DNA of 64,000 bases from Camelus dromedarius (Eukaryota), in NCBI RefSeq assembly GCF_036321535.1, contig NC_087439.1, positions 81,902,001 to 81,966,000 of the forward strand, read 5' to 3'. Positions 1 through 18,249 of this stretch are shown here, in pieces. The notes under the pieces are model-generated. The model saw only the letters and a program-made list of their open reading frames with translations, did not search any database and was not told the origin of the DNA. The position numbers were made by a program, and so were the translations under genes. Every line of letters begins with the position of its first letter. The stretch's first letter is position 1.

Positions 1-102
<102 letters not shown>

Positions 103-647
103 TTAGCAAAGTGCCCCCAGGGTACTGTAGGCCTGGGGGAACACCACCCAGACAGTTCTATATCAAATAAGTCTTGTGAAAATCCTCCCTAATAAGACAG
201 AAGGCATAGATTTACATTCTATCTCCTCTCTCCCCACTCCACTTTGCCCCCTCACTCCCCCCGCCCCCTGCCAACAAGCTGAGCATCAACCTGACTACCT
301 GTTGGCCACTAAAAATCTATTTATAATTTTGAGGGGTTTTCCCCCTCTATTAAATTCCTAGAGGACATAAAATTTCTGCTTCTTCTATAGCATTTAAGCC
401 TCAGCATATTGGGAACAGTGTTCTTGTTTTCTAATAATATAACAACGTGGAAACCTAAACCATTCTTGTTGCATCTTTATCACATTCCTAATAAATATGT
501 CAATGCTATCCTTTCCTAGAACTTCTGGAAGAGGAGGAATAGTTTTTGCTTTATAAAACATCATAAGTCATAAGTGCCATGGGCAGGAAATTCAAATTAT
601 TTGATCATTATCTAAAAACAAAACTCTGGAAGTTCTCAGAATTTTAA

Positions 648-765
648 AATATATATTTTCCTATATATATATATATATAGGAATATATATATATTTATTT
701 AGGGAATATATATATATATTCATTCATTTAGGGAATATATATATATATTCCCTAAATGAACGTAT
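648..765. repeat. Compound (AT)n repeat with perfect palindromes
   Basis: Perfect inverted repeats at 658-683 (26 bp) and 723-760 (38 bp). The unit atttagggaa(ta)n is repeated. Confidence 0.9.
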
Positions 766-1639
766 ATATGTATGTGTGTGTAGCCTTAACCTAGCAGATG
801 TTCAGTAACTATGGCTACTTTACAGGCAGTTTTATCATTTTTCCTGCAGGTAAAAAAAATGTGATATAACTGTCTTCATTATTTCAGTCTATAAATACAA
901 AAGTGAAGTTGGGAAGAGGGTGGATCTTAGAAAATAAACAATAGGAATCCTTGGATTTCATTAAATAGGTCAACACAGTTCTGTTCTTCCAGTCACTTCC
1001 AACTTAGTCTAAGCCGTTATTATTCCAACCATAATCTCATTTTTGAATCACGGCCTTTTAACGTACTTTGTACAGTCACTAGACAGGTAAAAAAAATACA
1101 TATATATAAAATATATATATATATATATATTTTCTTTGCAGCAGCCTCAAAAGCTTGTGTTTGGAGGATGGTATCTCAGTCATACTTGCCACTTGCTGTT
1201 CCCACTGGGAAGAGGCCATCCTGGAATGCTTAAACTAGTCTTCACCGGACCAGAGTTCCACATTGCCAAAGGTCACAAACCGCAAGTCGTCAAGCCCTTC
1301 TCTCCCCTACAGGCACTCCACGGTGTGCACTCTAAGAGTCACCAAAATTGGGTTGATTATCCTAGCTTGTACTTCGGAAAGCCTAGAAGCTCAGGATCCT
1401 CAAACTGTACGGTGTTTCACTTTGTGGGCAGGGGAGGAGTTTAAAATGTGGCCAGCACATAGGCTGCACATTGGCAGCGCATCGGAGGAATTCAGCACAA
1501 GACCTGGCGTTAGCTGCTCCCACCACGCACGTCCTGTTCTGAGGCCTCTGTATCTCACGTTTTTCTTTTTTCTTCAAGGACGCCTTTAATCTTGACATTA
1601 ACCAGATTCACCCATTTATTATTCTTGAATGAAGGGAGG

Positions 1640-2460
1640 GGAAGCGCCGAGGGCCAATAGCGGAGTGGGGTTGCCTAAAACCGGTCTGCACCGTCCCGCC
1701 CCTTAGCCGTGAGCCTCCCCGCACAGCTCCTCCGCCATCCTGCAGGGGGTAACAAGGCCTCAGCGACCATCCTGGCTGGGCCATGCCCCGCCTCTCTGGG
1801 AGAGGACGAACCCTCGTTATGTTTACCACAGACCCACCCCAGGAGTCCCGCCTGGCGTCCAGTTCCCATTCGCCCTCGCTACAAAGGCTTTCGCCGTCCG
1901 TATTTTCATTTTTATAGCACAGGCTGCACGACGCGCGGTATGGGACTCCTCAAAGAGCAACAAAGCCGACAACCGGCCGCCTGGTCGCACCCAGCGGAGC
2001 GCCTCACAAACCCCGCCTCGCGGCCCGGAGGCGGGCTGCGCACGCGCGGTCCCGAAGCCCCGCCCACCCCTCAAGGCCTGCCCCAGAATCCCCGCCGCGC
2101 GCGGGACCCTTTCGGGAGGAAGCTGCGGGGAAGACTAGGTCGTGCGAGGGCCAGTCGTCAGAGTCCGAGCAGCTCCTCGCCGCCCGGCCCCGGCCCTGAT
2201 TCGAGCTCCACCCCACCTACCGTGAGCGGCCGCGAGAGCTCTCACCTTCCCGGTAGCTGGCTGGCCCGCCCGCGCCAATCGAAAGGCCTAGAGTAGTGGC
2301 ATTCCCCCCCACCGCGGGGGCGGGATCTTGGGACACTGGGGCGGAGCCTAGGCCTCACATGGGCAGGGCATCTGGGCCCTCGGAGCTGGTTACCAGACCG
2401 CTGAGAGGTGGAGGTCCTCCGTGGCCAAGAAAGCAAAAAGAGAGGCTGGAAGACCCCCAG
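1640..2460 (-). promoter_or_regulatory. NHEJ1: NHEJ1 CpG-island promoter and non-coding exon 1
   Basis: CpG-dense region with GC boxes near 2330-2345 and a CCAAT at ~2275. Candidate exon-1 donors are AAG|GTGAGA (exon end 2246) and ACG|GTAGGT (exon end 2221). Confidence 0.75.
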
Positions 2461-2719
2461 TAGAAAGGTGGAGGGGTAGTGGCACTCCTTAGAGTCGCGC
2501 TGGCAGAGTAGAAAGAACGCTAGATGGGGTGCAGGAGAGGGGCCCCGGATTTCAACTTGTTGATAAATTTAAAGTCACTTCCTTACCTGTCCAACCTCTT
2601 TATTGTTTTGTTTTGTTAAATAAAACGAGGGGGTTGAATTTCTCTAGATAATCTCTTGGGTCCTCACCAGCCCTTGATTTGTTTAAAGAGATGAGTCTCC
2701 CAGGCATAAATCCCATGGT

Positions 2720-3172
2720 CTGACCTCATCTTTACCTCTCCTGTCTGATTTCTCCCTCCATCCACTCCCCATACTTATGCTCCATCACCACAGAGAAGCT
2801 TGAAATCCTTCAACTCATCTTGGGCTTTGTACAATTTATGATTTTGCTGGAGCTGGATATCTGAGCCTGAAAAATTCTCCCCCTCCATGTTCCACAACCA
2901 AAATTCCTTTTGTTAAGGCCAGCCTCAGTGCTGCTTCTGTGTAAAGGCTTTCCCACTATCCCCAATCAGAATTCATTGTTTCTTCTGTTTGTTCCCAAAG
3001 CATTGTTTTCATCTTTATTGCAGACTGCCTTCTGCTTTGGATTTTAGTTAGTAATTACATATCTTTTTAAACCATAAGTGCTTTGAGAGGATAGGGACCC
3101 TGTTTTATACATATCTGTATTTCTAGGACCTTGCACATGGGAGGCACTCAATAATTACCAGTTAAGTGAATG
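2720..3172 (+). mobile_element. L2 LINE 3' fragment
   Basis: Ends in a typical L2 terminus (...ctttgagaggatagggaccctgtttt...gcacatgggaggcactcaataa...gtgaatg). Confidence 0.55.
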
Positions 3173-3460
3173 CTGGGGTTCAAGTATAGCTAGTTCACAG
3201 GCATGTCACTCATTTGTTCATGGCCCACTAAACCACAGACCCTGCTCTGGAACAGTTAGGCCTAATTAAGAGAAGGAAAAGCAAACACATCTATTGGGAA
3301 ATGAGACTTCAGGTGGGCCCATGTGAGACATACACATGCCCTGTTCCTAGGAGAAAGTAGAGCCTGGTAGCTGACTTTCCAGTAAGCCAGGAGATAGGTC
3401 TAAACTAACCAGGGTAGAAGTAGGAGTCCTGCTAATTACTGGGACCTAAGTTCTTCTCTG

Positions 3461-6400
3461 CTAGACTTGGCACTGCTCTTCAAAGCCAGGCAGCAAGTCA
3501 GCTGTCTCTCCTGGCTCAGAGGACCCTCCTTCCTCATTCCCAGAGTTTTCTGGCAGTGGGCAGAGGCAACGGAGGGGCTGGGGGATGCAGGGACACAGGT
3601 TTTGAATGGGGAAAGGAAGCTCATACTCTTGATCAGCCTTCTTCCTGGACTTCTGAGGCACCTGAGCCTCTTGGGCAGTGAAAGGGGATGGCAGCCCTTG
3701 ACTTAGGCCTCGTTCAAGCCATGTGCCTGCAAAAGAGAGAATGGTCAGGCCACTGCCCAACCCAGGGTGTGATGACTTCCTGGCCACTCCCCAGTCTGCT
3801 GGAGCCTGGCCTCAACTTACCAGGAATGGTGTTCTCTAGTAGAAAGCCTAAGAGTCCAGCCAGGAAGATGGATTCTGTGAGCAGTGAGCGCAGTAACACA
3901 TCCAAGGGGCTCCAGCCTACAGGGGGTTGGGGTCAGGCAGGAGGAGAACTCTGATCCTATGCAAAATCAAGTGGTCTTATACTTCCAACCTAAACCTAAG
4001 TCTTGGATTAAGGACAAATCTTTCTGAATTGTCCAACCTGCCCCCGTTTTGTCCCTCTGCTGAGCATCCCCTTCCCAAATTCTTCCCACAGAATCCCTAT
4101 CTGCTGAGCATCCACATGCCCTCCAGATATGCTTTGATAGTTACAGGCTCCCTGTCTCTGGAAAGTTTGGAATTAAAAGCCCCAACTCTTTTTCCCCTAC
4201 TTCTTACCTTCCGTACTCTAGCTTGGGTTCCTCAACCTCAGTACTACTGACATTTTGGACCAGATAATTTTCTGTTTGAGGGGGGCTGTCCTGTGCATTG
4301 TAGGATGTTTGGCAGAATCTTTCTACCCACTAAATGCATGTAACAATCACTTCTCCCCTGTTTAGAACAGTCAAAAAAGTCTCCAGACATTGCCGAATGT
4401 TCTCTTGGGGGCAAAACCATCCTCAGTTAAGAACCACTGCTATTTACTAAGCTGAGCTAACAAACTAAGTTATTTGCTGCTCCCAGGACATACCGTATAA
4501 CTTCCTACTTCTCTGTCTTTGTTTATGAGGTTCCTCCACCAGGAATGACCTTCTTATCAAATATATCTAAATCTTACCATTGTTCAAGACCAGCTAAATG
4601 TTACTTTCTCCATGAATTTACCAGGATCATCTCCAACAGAAGCCATCTCTCTCACCACTGAGCACCATGGCTCTTTATCTGAACCTTTCCAGTTACGTTT
4701 CTACACATCTCTTCTATTTTACTAGATACTGTAACATCTAGAGGCATTTTTGTATCCCAAGGGACTAGCACGGTGTTCAATAAATATTTGCTAAACAAAT
4801 GGATGGACTATTTACAGTCAAGCCCAGAGAAGGGTGTGGGGCCTGGAGTCCAGAGAGCCTCAAGCCTTGAACCCTTGCTTTCCTGCTGCTGAGCAACTCC
4901 TCTTTCCCTCCCTCCTCCTCCCACCTGTGCTCAGTAGGACTGGAGCTTCCCGAAACCATCTTGGTAGCAGCAGGGCCATGAAGATGGAGAAACCGACAAT
5001 GAAGACATTCCGCCCAGAGTCAATGTCAGCCACGTGGAAGCTGGAGAATCCAGTGGACAGAACCACGGCATGGGTCACCCCCAGCACCCCACCTGTCTCA
5101 CACAGAAGTAATCAAAGAGTTGGGAGAGACTGGGCAGCACAGCAGAGAGTATTGCAGGGCAGGGCAGGATATGATGGACAGAGACCACTGAAAATCTTGT
5201 TTCTGATTCTGCCAGGAGCCCAGAAGCCAGTCAAGAGGCCAGGATGTAGCTGAAAAATGAGGGCAGCTGACACACACTCATATCCATATATTAGGGAGGC
5301 TATTCAGAAAGAAAATGGTACCAACTACAAGCAACAAGTTGGGCCATGCTGTGGGGTACTGGTTCAAGACCAGTCCTGCTGATACATCTACTCACCAACC
5401 ACAGGCAGCGGGATGGTGGTGAGGAGCTGAGCCAGCCTCGGGGAGAGCCCAAACCCCACACAGAGCAGCCCCACCAAGTGGGCCACTCGCCGAGATCCAG
5501 CCTATGTGAAGAAGAGACACCAGAAAATACAGCCACCTCCTCAACTGTTCAGGGTTTTCACCTGGCCAACTCCTCATCATTCGGATCCCAACTCAAATGT
5601 CACCCTCCCAAGAAGCATCCTTGAGCACTCTACCTAAAGGGGGTCTCCCTTATTCAACTATTATCCCACTCCCTCTGCTCTGTTTACTTTTTTTCTTTTT
5701 TTTTAAATTCCAGGCTGCACTCCCTGGGTGCACTGCAGCAATGGCCAGTCGCAACGGGAGGACAAGGCAGAGGTGTCACAGAACCCTGGGGGCCATCCCT
5801 ACCACCGGTACTGGCAAGCTGCTTTCTTTTCTTAATAGCACTTATCACTCTTGGAAATTATCTTTTATACTTTTCTTCTTATATTGTCTGCCTCTCTCTA
5901 TTGAAGTCCCCAAGAGAGCAGGGATTTCATCTAATTTGTTTCTCTCTAGAACCTCAGCCCTGGTACAGTGCCTGAGGCACAGAAGGAGCTCCGTAGAGAT
6001 TCAGTGCCTTCCTCATACTCCTAGCCCCTTACCACTTCTAGGCACCTCCCTCAATGAGATCATTGACGTGAGGTGTCTGGCAGAGTGCTGGGCACAGCTG
6101 ACCATCAGTCATCTGAGTTCCATTCCCTCTCCTGCACCTGCAGCTCCCACACCCACACCCCCACATACCTGGAGAAGACTCACTGTGCCCACGTTGGGGA
6201 AGCTGGATGCAGTGCCCATGGGGCTCCCCAAAAGCCCAGCCAGCACACTGCCCAGACCCTCCAGGCTCAGGCCTCGGCTACAGGCATGCGGAGGTGGAGA
6301 AGCCAAATGAAGCAGCCGGCCACACAGGGCATAGCAGCCCAGGGAGCTGGTGGAGGCCGCCAAGGCCATGGAGATTCCTGCCGCCAGAGCCCTGGGTGTT

Positions 6401-9400
6401 AGCAAGGGCCAGTCCCACTCAGCTGGGAAGGGAAAAAGAGCTGCCTTGGAGCCAGACTCATGTCTGGAAGATCCTCCTGTCTCTAACAGCCTATGACACA
6501 AGAATCCTAGAGGCCCATTGTCTTTGAAGATAATGTCTTGGGAAAAAAACCATCAAACTCAGGTTAAAGACCCATCCATTTACTGTGGTCTACTAGGTCC
6601 TCTTTGGTCTGACCCTTACCTCTCTCTCTAGCCTCATGTCCTACCTCCCTCTGCATTGCTTCCTTCACTCCAGATACACTGGCCTTGTTTCAGGCCCTTG
6701 TACTTGCTGGGCTGCTGGCTACCATAGGGCCTTTGCATATGCTATTCCCTCCACCTAGCATGCTCTTCTCTCTTGCCTTTACCCAGTTAGCTCCTACTCA
6801 TCTCTCACATCTCAGCTCAGTGATCACTTCCTCAAGATGCCTTTCCTGACCTCCTTGATAAAGTCAGATTCCGCATTATAAACTTTCATCACACAGATTA
6901 TAAGCTTCATGAGGGCAGGTACTGTGTCATTTTTATCACTGTAACCCCTATCATGTGTCTAGCACACAGTCAGCACTCAACAGACCATTATTAAATTTAT
7001 GAATGAGCAAATTTCATATACAATTTTCATATATAAATTTCATGTACAAAAGCAACCTTTATACATAAGTCACCAACGCAAATATCTGTTGGGACAGCTA
7101 ACAAAAATGTGTAAATTGGGTAACGAATATAGACCCAAAGCAGTGGGCTTACAGATGTCTCAACGCTAAATATCACATATGTGGTGAGGGGTGGCATTGC
7201 CCCCCTGGACTGGCAATTTCTCCGCTCTGTGTGTTTTGAGAAAATCCAGGGTTCAACTCACAAATGAAATTCATTAAATCTTGAATTCAAAGAAATAGAC
7301 ACCTTTGAGTAAGAGGATGGAGGGCTAGGAGAAAACCTACCCGGGTGAGGCAGCCAAAACCATGGTGCCTCAATGGGGGCAGACAGCTCCAGGGGGATGA
7401 TGCTGAGACCCAGAAGGGCAGAGACAATCCACACACAGGCCACTGGGATCAGCACCTGAGGGGCAAGACTGAGAGGGAAAAGAGCCCCTCCCCCAGAACC
7501 TTCCAAGCCAGCCTGGGAGGAGTGGTCAGAAGCTAAAAGGTAAGGTGCCGAGTGAGCGTCCATGCCAGCCCTTCTAACCTCAACTGCCCCTGCAGAGACC
7601 CCCACATACCGAGAGGAGCCTGAAGGCAGGGATGCGAGTGTGGGTTGAAGAGGTTGAAGCTGGCCTCCAGGGACCTGGGGGTAACGGGCAGGAGCCCAGG
7701 TGCTGAGAACAGACCACCATGAGCAGGATAAGCCTAGGAGAGGGAAGGTGCTTTAGCAGCAAGAGGAAGCAGGAAGCCTGAGTGGGAAAATGGAGGTGGG
7801 AGTGGCAGAATACAATAAAAGGGGGTCCCAGAGAAGAAAGCCTCTCAGAGAGGGGGAAGGAGGGCATCTTGGGGGTCAGCAGGATACAGTGTGAAAGTCA
7901 GGGTGACCAAATGAATCCAGCAAAAGTCTGGATTCCAAATCCACAAAGTGTTGTCCCTGCTCAGACCACTGCTGAATCTGGTAGAGCCGGCAGCCCTGCC
8001 CTCCCCCAACCCCGCGGCTCCCGCACACCCCACCCATCACCACCCTACGACTCTCAGGACTTACGTACAGCAATGCCAGGCCCCAGTGAGCAGAGCAGAA
8101 CAGGGCCACCTCCCTGTGGGCAGACAGCCCTGCCACAACCAGGCTGGGGGCCAGCACCAGGGGCCCACAGTAGGAGAACAAGTGGCCAGGACCCCCCAAC
8201 AGCCCCAGCGTGCCCTGCAGCAGCCCAGATATCACCACGGCCCCGGACACCTGGTGGAGTAGAGAAGAGGACAAAGAGGACAAAGAGAAAACATTTGGCT
8301 CCATCGAGTTGACCTCAGCCTGGACTTCTTAACTAATCCCAGGAGGGGTTCCTTCCCCAGCTCCTTCCCCCAGAACATCCCAGTCCCTGAAAAATGGAAA
8401 CAAGAGCCTCCCCCAATCCCGGCACCACTTTTAGCCCCCACCCCTAGGCACTCACCTCTCGGAGAGAAGAGTTCCAGGGCTCCAGGCCATGACAGCCAGG
8501 CCCCCTACATGGGCGCAGCACAAGGGAGGCTGGGAGAAGTTGGAATGGAGAGGAGAGAGGTAAAGGGGGTGGAGACCGATTGCTCTACAGTTCTAGCTGT
8601 TGCATGACACAGCTCCAACTCCCCACAGTGCCTAACACCCATAATTGCCCAATCTCTACATCCACTTACACCTGTGTGCTCAGTGTAGCACCCAACCCCA
8701 CCCTCANNNNNNNNNNNNNNNNNNNNNNNNNNNNNNNNNNNNNNNNNNNNNNNNNNNNNNNNNNNNNNNNNNNNNNNNNNNNNNNNNNNNNNNNNNNNNN
8801 NNNNNNNNNNNNNNNNNNNNNNNNNNNNNNNNNNNNNNNNNNNNNNNNNNNNNNNNNNNNNNCATGTGACATCCAAAAAGACTCCCCAAGCTTCTCCTAC
8901 CACCTGGGACCCTGCCAAGCCTGTGCTTCCTCTCCACAGAGTTCCCCTCACCTGCTGCCCATCCAAGTTTGCAGGGCAGTAGACATGCCACATGAAAAGA
9001 GGCTGGAGGCCAGGAGCTGAGCAGGGGAGTAAGAGAGTCGTCCTGGAGGGAGACTTCGAAGCAGGAGCAGGTGGGAGGCACAGAGCAGAGAAGTCAGGAC
9101 CAAGATATGCTGCAGGTGGAGGGATGGGGAGGCAAGGTCTTCAGAAATAGGCAGAAATACCCATTTCCAGAGGATTTCTCATGCCACACCTATTCTCTCC
9201 AAACACCCCCTTAAGCCAGCACCAACTCCTTCACCTCCACCTCCTACCTGCAGAGCCAGAAGACAGCTGAGGCCCCAGGGACGAGGCTCACACAGAGAGG
9301 CCCGAGAGTGAGAGGAGGAGTTTTGGAGAGCAGGCTGCTGAGGCAGGGGAACCAGGGTACCGTGAGAGCCAAGGGATCGGAGTTGTGTGGCGTGGTGGGG

Positions 9401-9412
9401 TGATCGGCTCAT
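3461..9412 (-). CDS. SLC23A3: Solute carrier family 23 member 3 (nucleobase/ascorbate transporter family), 12 exons, ~601 aa
   Basis: Exons: 9412-9248, 9109-8952, [exon 3 in gap 8707-8862], 8529-8456, 8250-8069, 7733-7610, 7455-7341, 6422-6169, 5501-5396, 5092-4925, 3916-3821, 3726-3461 (TAG). All are GT-AG. Phases are consistent if the hidden exon length is 2 mod 3 (human 98 nt, recalled). Peptides such as MSRSP...LSCLLALQ and DIDSGRNVFIVGFSIFMALLLPRW match SLC23A3. Confidence 0.95.
4222..4440. mobile_element. MER20-like hAT-Charlie DNA transposon
   Basis: Sequence ggttcctcaacctcagtactactgacattttggaccagataatt...ggcaaaaccatcctcagttaagaaccactg matches the recalled MER20 layout with terminal inverted repeats. 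Confidence 0.7.
4440..4805 (+). mobile_element. L2 LINE 3' fragment
   Basis: Terminus ...gggactagcacggtgttcaataaatatttgctaaacaaatggatgga. Confidence 0.6.
6560..7010 (+). mobile_element. L2a LINE 3' fragment
   Basis: Contains gggcctttgcatatgctattccctc...ataagcttcatgagggcagg...cacagtcagcactcaac...atgaatga. Confidence 0.65.
8707..8862. other. Assembly gap (156 N) hiding SLC23A3 exon 3
   Basis: N run. The flanking exons are out of phase without an intervening exon. Confidence 0.9.
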
Positions 9413-11488
9413 GCTGCCCTGCCTTTTGTCTTGTCTTGGCTGCCCTGGGCCAGAGTTAAGTAGTGAGAGTAAGAGGTCAGAGTTTGAGTGAAGTTAGCTG
9501 CCTAGAGTAGGGAGGGGCCAGGGGTGTCAACGAAGCGGAACAAAGGAAGGGACAAGGGATTTAGGGTAGGACACGGCCTTTCACCTTTGCCCAGCTCTTG
9601 TGCAAATTCCATCACCCATTAACTGGGGATCCAAGCTCTGGACCCCTCCCCCCCAAGAATGTCCATCTACATCCCCTGTTCTGGGACAGGAGCAGTGGGA
9701 CAGAAGCCACTAAAATAGCCTGGGGAGATTTTACACACTATATGCCCTCCTCACTACTGCCATTTGGAACCATCACCATTACATCATGGTTTTCAACCAT
9801 TTTAGGGTCACCCCCCTGGTCAACCTCAAAAGGAAATATCCCTACATCATGTATGCCAACAGTGACCACAACGCCATATAAAGTCCTCACTGTGGTATAA
9901 AGGAGAAAAAAAGAAATCTGTAATAACACTGCAATATAAAGGAAAAACAAGACATTTATAATAATTTTTTTCCAAGTGTAATTATTAATTTATTACATAT
10001 TCTATTGAATACTGACAGTTTTTATAATACTCATTGAAAAATATAGATAGATCACTCAGTACTTTTTGAAGAAGTCATAGTATCCTTAAAACCAGAGTAG
10101 ACAGAGTTATACATTTTTTTGGTAAAGAAAATGTTTTACTTAAAGTGTTAAATCCCATCACCAGAATGAATTTGAGTTTTGCATTAGTTGGTGTTCATTA
10201 CAGGACTAATCTGCCTTTTTTTTTTCAACTGGAATTCCCTTTACTTTTAAAACATACTATGTACAGCGCAGCAGTGATCACCGGAATAGTTCTACTTACA
10301 TGACTAAGCCACAAAGTTGAGGTGCAGACATATGAAAATTAAAAAAAAAATACACCAACTTTAAAAATAAATACTGCATAATGACAAGTATGTACAAATA
10401 ATCCATACAGCCATGTCCTTCTTATATGAAAGCTTGGGCCCAGCTAAACCAGAAGATAATGAAGTAGCCCAGTGCCCACCCCCATATGTAGCATCACCAT
10501 GGATGTGCTAACTACAATACTAACTGATGTTAGTGCTTTCCTGATGACACATGTGCTGCCATTGGTAACCTGATGTTCCAAAATAGTGAACAAGTTTTCT
10601 TGGTAAAGTGATGAAAAAAGCAAAATATAGTTTTAATTTACACAGAGGTGCATTCCTGGCAAACTCTTTTTCCAAACGTGCAAAAATTATTCTGTGTTCA
10701 CGTGTAAAAAGTTGGATAGTTCTAGGCTCAGATAAATATAAATAGGCTTTTCATATACGTAATGTCCATCTGATTATTCAAAAGTTGTCTTGGGAATTCT
10801 TCATAAAAGAGGGGTTCCTGAGCAATTCAGGATGTGTGGCATCCTGCGCAGGCAAACTAAATGTCAGTAAGTCCCACCCCTTCAAATCAAAAATGCCCTA
10901 TAAATTTCCAAAATACCCGCTAGGGGGCAGTACCACCCCTGCTGTGGGTCACAGTAGGTGGTTCCAAATACCCACAGTCCAGCTAGCTGCTCAGTTTTCC
11001 TTCTTCCAATGATAACCCAATCTCGGTACTCTCTTTAGCAACACTGACTGGAACCATGTGTCAGACCAGAAAGGAAGTCAGGATAGAGATAAGGTGTCCT
11101 TGGGCTTGCCCTCAAGGAGCTCATGGGGCTCTGCTGGATTCTTGGCTTGGCCTCTGTCCATGAGATGTGCTTCAGGATCCACAAAGATGGTGCTCACTCA
11201 GAACTTCCTACAGACAGGGCTACCGATGGCCATGCGACAGTCACCACCGCACCCAAGCCGAGCAGCGCTAGGAGCAGGGTCAAGGGTGCTGCGAGCAGGG
11301 ATGAAGAGGCAGTTTGAAATGGGAACCTATGACCATCAAACAACAGGGACATTCTGGAATGGGGCTCAGAGAGAATGAGTTGCAAGATGATGGTGCCAGG
11401 AAGTAGGGAGGCTGAGAAGGCAGATATGGGGGAAAGCTCTTCGAGGGTTGCCGCAGAAGGAAGAGTCCAGGCCATGCAACTGAAACTG

Positions 11489-11494
11489 TTTATT
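11489..11494 (-). terminator. CNPPD1: CNPPD1 poly(A) signal AATAAA
   Basis: tttatt on the plus strand, ~650 nt past the stop codon. Confidence 0.7.
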
Positions 11495-12146
11495 GAAACC
11501 TTAGTTCTACAAAAGCATGAAAACCCCAGATACAAAGAGGTGGCCAGAGAAGCCTGTGAAGAGAACACCAGGAGAGGAACAGGAAGAGAGGGAAGCTCAG
11601 GAGCAGGGGACTAAGAAGAGAAGGTTGGAAGACAAGACGGCAAACCCTCAGCCTTGAGGTCCCAGTAGCCCCTGGCTCCTCTAGACTTCGTCCCAGAGAC
11701 AGGTGTGGAGAGGGTTTCCCACCTCACCCTGCCTTCCCTCAGCAGCTCCCACCTTGGCCCTATCAGTCCCTGCCTCTCTTGCCTCAGGGACATCACACAG
11801 ACCCTGGTCAAAATTTCCTCTCTCCCTTGCCCCATCCTAGGAAACTCAAAAGCAAAAGTCTAGAAGAGACCAGGGGTGACAGAGAGATGGGGGTCTCTCC
11901 CCTGCCCGCCTGTGACATGCTCCAGTCAGCAAGCTGAAACCTTCCCTGGCACCATCACTGCTCTGGCCAAGCAGCTGACCATGGAGGTCTAGGAGAGCAA
12001 ATGACCTTCAGTCCCTCTGCCCTATGACCCTCTTAAGCTCCATCACCCAGGAGGACAGGGGACCAGCCAAGGACCCAGATCAAGCTCTGCTCCTCCAGGT
12101 TCTCAGGGACTCCCAAATCCTCTTACTGTGTTCCTCAGAACCCTAC

Positions 12147-17800
<5,654 letters not shown>

Positions 17801-18249
17801 TTTAAAGGGTGTTGTCCGCCTGGGTTGCCCCATTCCTGTCTTCAGGTGTCGAGTGAGTTAGGCCTGGAGGTTCCCATTCCCCCATCAGTGGGCGCTTTTC
17901 CACCTTTAGCGATGGATGTAGGAGCCTCTGTCACCCACTCACCGCTGAGGTGCCTGTCTCTCCCTAAGGTTGCTGTCTTCGTCCAACCTACGGCCCTTCT
18001 TCCTACTCAGCATCTCACTTTTGGCTTATTTTTTGCTGGACCTCTGGCCGCCTCGCTTCCTCCCTGACATCTCAGGTCAGTGTTACTTCATTCATTTAGC
18101 AAGCCCCATTGTGCACTTGTTTTGCGCCTGACCCCCCCTGGCTGGGTTGAATGGTGAGGGAAATGTACAGCAGGCCACCTGCCTCCCAAGCACCACAATT
18201 TCCCCCTAGTTAGGAAATAGAGAATTTCCTTTTTCTCGGAATTAATGTT

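Noticed and set aside
1709-2296. 195-aa plus-strand ORF
   Set aside because: It lies in the NHEJ1 CpG island, has a non-ATG start and is P/R/G/S-rich. Stop depletion from high GC explains it.
5597-6310. 237-aa plus-strand ORF
   Set aside because: It is antisense to SLC23A3 exon 8 and runs through L2/MIR and a T-run, with no recognisable domain.
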